Positions 62,711 through 64,000 of a stretch of DNA of 64,000 bases are shown piece after piece; within the stretch, counting starts at the first letter, position 1, and the number at the start of each line of letters is the position of its first letter. The position numbers were made by a program, and so were the translations under genes. This DNA is from an uncultured bacterium (GTDB lineage Bacteria; Acidobacteriota; Thermoanaerobaculia; Multivoradales; JAHZIX01), in contig CBDUPA010000022.1 in the NCBI GenBank assembly GCA_965368975.1, positions 42,550 through 106,549 of the forward strand, written 5' to 3'. A model generated the notes under the pieces. The model searched no databases. It was not told where the DNA came from and was given only the letters and a program-made list of their open reading frames with translations.

Positions 62711-63282
62711 CGCGCGAACACCATGTGCTCAGGCTGACTCAGTCCTTGCTGGCCCTACTTCTGCTCGTCGGAGCCACCGGCTGCGTGCTGCACACGCCGC
62801 GCACGGACCGCGTTGCCCGTCAGCTCGAAGCCTCCATGCCCGGAGTGCGTTTCGAAGCGCGCGAGGGCGTCAAACTTGGTCGTATGTCACTCGGCCTGGC
62901 CGGACGGCTGACCGCCTTCGCCGCCGACCAGGACGAGGATCCCGAGGTCGAGACGGCATCGCGCATGCTACGCGAACTGCGGCGAGTGGAAGTGGCGAGC
63001 TACGGCCTCGAGGGGGATGAACCCTCCGCCTGGCCCCGTGAGCTGGAAGACGCCTTTCGGCACGAGGGCTGGCGTACCTTGGCCCGCATCCACCAACCGG
63101 ACGGCGCGCTGGCCTGGGTGCTCTATCAGGGGCAGTTCGACCACATGCACAGCGCGCTGGTCATCCACCTGGAGCACGAAGAGTTGAACGTCGTGCGCCT
63201 GGAAGGCCGTCTGGACCGAGTGATCTACGTCGCCATGGATATGGTCCGCAACGGCGAATCCGCGGACATCGTCGATACCTGA
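62707..63282 (+). CDS. DUF4252-like lipoprotein
   Basis: GATGC lipobox; GWRTLARI, VVRLEG. Confidence 0.65.
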   Translation: MTREHHVLRLTQSLLALLLLVGATGCVLHTPRTDRVARQLEASMPGVRFEAREGVKLGRMSLGLAGRLTAFAADQDEDPEVETASRMLRELRRVEVASYGLEGDEPSAWPRELEDAFRHEGWRTLARIHQPDGALAWVLYQGQFDHMHSALVIHLEHEELNVVRLEGRLDRVIYVAMDMVRNGESADIVDT

Positions 63283-63495
63283 ACCAGCCTTGTCGGCGAT
63301 CCAGCAGGATCGCAACCCCTGGTCATGTCGGTCTGGCCCTCCCCCGTGCCCTTCCCTCTCGTCTGCCTACAGATCTTCAAGATTCCGAGTCGCTGTCCAT
63401 ATTTTTGGATCAGACCCACTTTTGTGGCAAGCGTGGCGGCACGGTGAGCCTTGAGACACGGGGGGCTTTGCACTCCTGAGGACTCGTCGGCGACC

Positions 63496-63511
63496 TGGCA
63501 CGCCCCTTGCT
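63496..63511 (+). promoter_or_regulatory. Sigma54 -24/-12 promoter
   Basis: TGGCAC-GCCCC-TTGCT, an exact match to TGGCAC-N5-TTGCW. Confidence 0.75.
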
Positions 63512-63597
63512 GCCGACGGCGTTAGGGGTCCGGTTTCCGCCGTACTCGAGTGTTTGTCCTCACGACTACCAGAACACAACCCACGAAGGAGATTGAA

Positions 63598-64000
63598 TTG
63601 AGCAAGAGGCGTCTGTTTATCGCGATCCTCGCTCTGGCGCTGGTGGCTACCACCGGCACTGCCTGGGCACAGGGAACGCAGACCGGTACCCTTACCGGAA
63701 CTGTTACCGATTCCAACGGTGAGGCCCTGCCGGGTGTCACGGTTACCGCAACCTCCGCGTCCCTGTTGGGCGAGCGCACCGCGTTCACCGGCTCCAACGG
63801 TGACTTCGTGCTGCGCGGCCTACCGCCGGGTGCCTACACCGTCATCTTCGAGCTCGAAGGCATGACCACCGTCGAGCGTACCGCCACCGTCGAACTGGGC
63901 CGCACGTCGCGTTCCAACGCCGAGCTGCAGGTCAGCGCGGTGGAAGAGACCATCGTGGTGCGCGGTGAGAGCCCGACGGCCCTCGAGACCACCTCGGTCG
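63598..64000 (+). CDS. TonB-dependent receptor N-terminus (CarboxypepD_reg-like), runs off the right edge
   Basis: Manual translation from TTG after AAGGAG: MSKRRLFIAILALALVATTGTAWAQGTQTGTLTGTVTDSNGEALPGVTV...LPPGAYTVIFELEG. Confidence 0.8.
   Translation, partial: MSKRRLFIAILALALVATTGTAWAQGTQTGTLTGTVTDSNGEALPGVTVTATSASLLGERTAFTGSNGDFVLRGLPPGAYTVIFELEGMTTVERTATVELGRTSRSNAELQVSAVEETIVVRGESPTALETTSV

Overview
High-GC bacterial chromosomal window, probably Acidobacteriota (inferred from the ADOP-type permease and the CarboxypepD_reg TonB receptor). About 55 genes; no rRNA, tRNA, CRISPR array or IS element was seen. Most of it is housekeeping or accessory: a YtrA/ABC operon, ada-alkA/ogt, thiC, MoxR-DUF58-transglutaminase, modABC, recA, typA, peptidases and an ECF sigma operon. 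Main discovery candidate, 38.9-51.0 kb: a co-oriented biosynthetic locus. It has a stand-alone NRPS condensation domain plus the four enzyme types of the ketomemicin carbonylmethylene pathway (CitE-like aldolase, MaoC dehydratase, two paralogous PLP alpha-oxoamine synthases, MDR reductase). These are followed directly by a 29-aa class III lanthipeptide precursor missing from the ORF track (45658-45747), LanKC and an ADOP permease. Other notable items: a degenerate TPP-riboswitch-like element separated from thiC by a globin-coupled kinase cassette, an AT-richer TA-Mrr-HEPN defence islet, an exported single-chain TldD-TldE fusion, and a sigma54 promoter with paired enhancer-like sites. All calls come from motif reading by eye; no searches were run.
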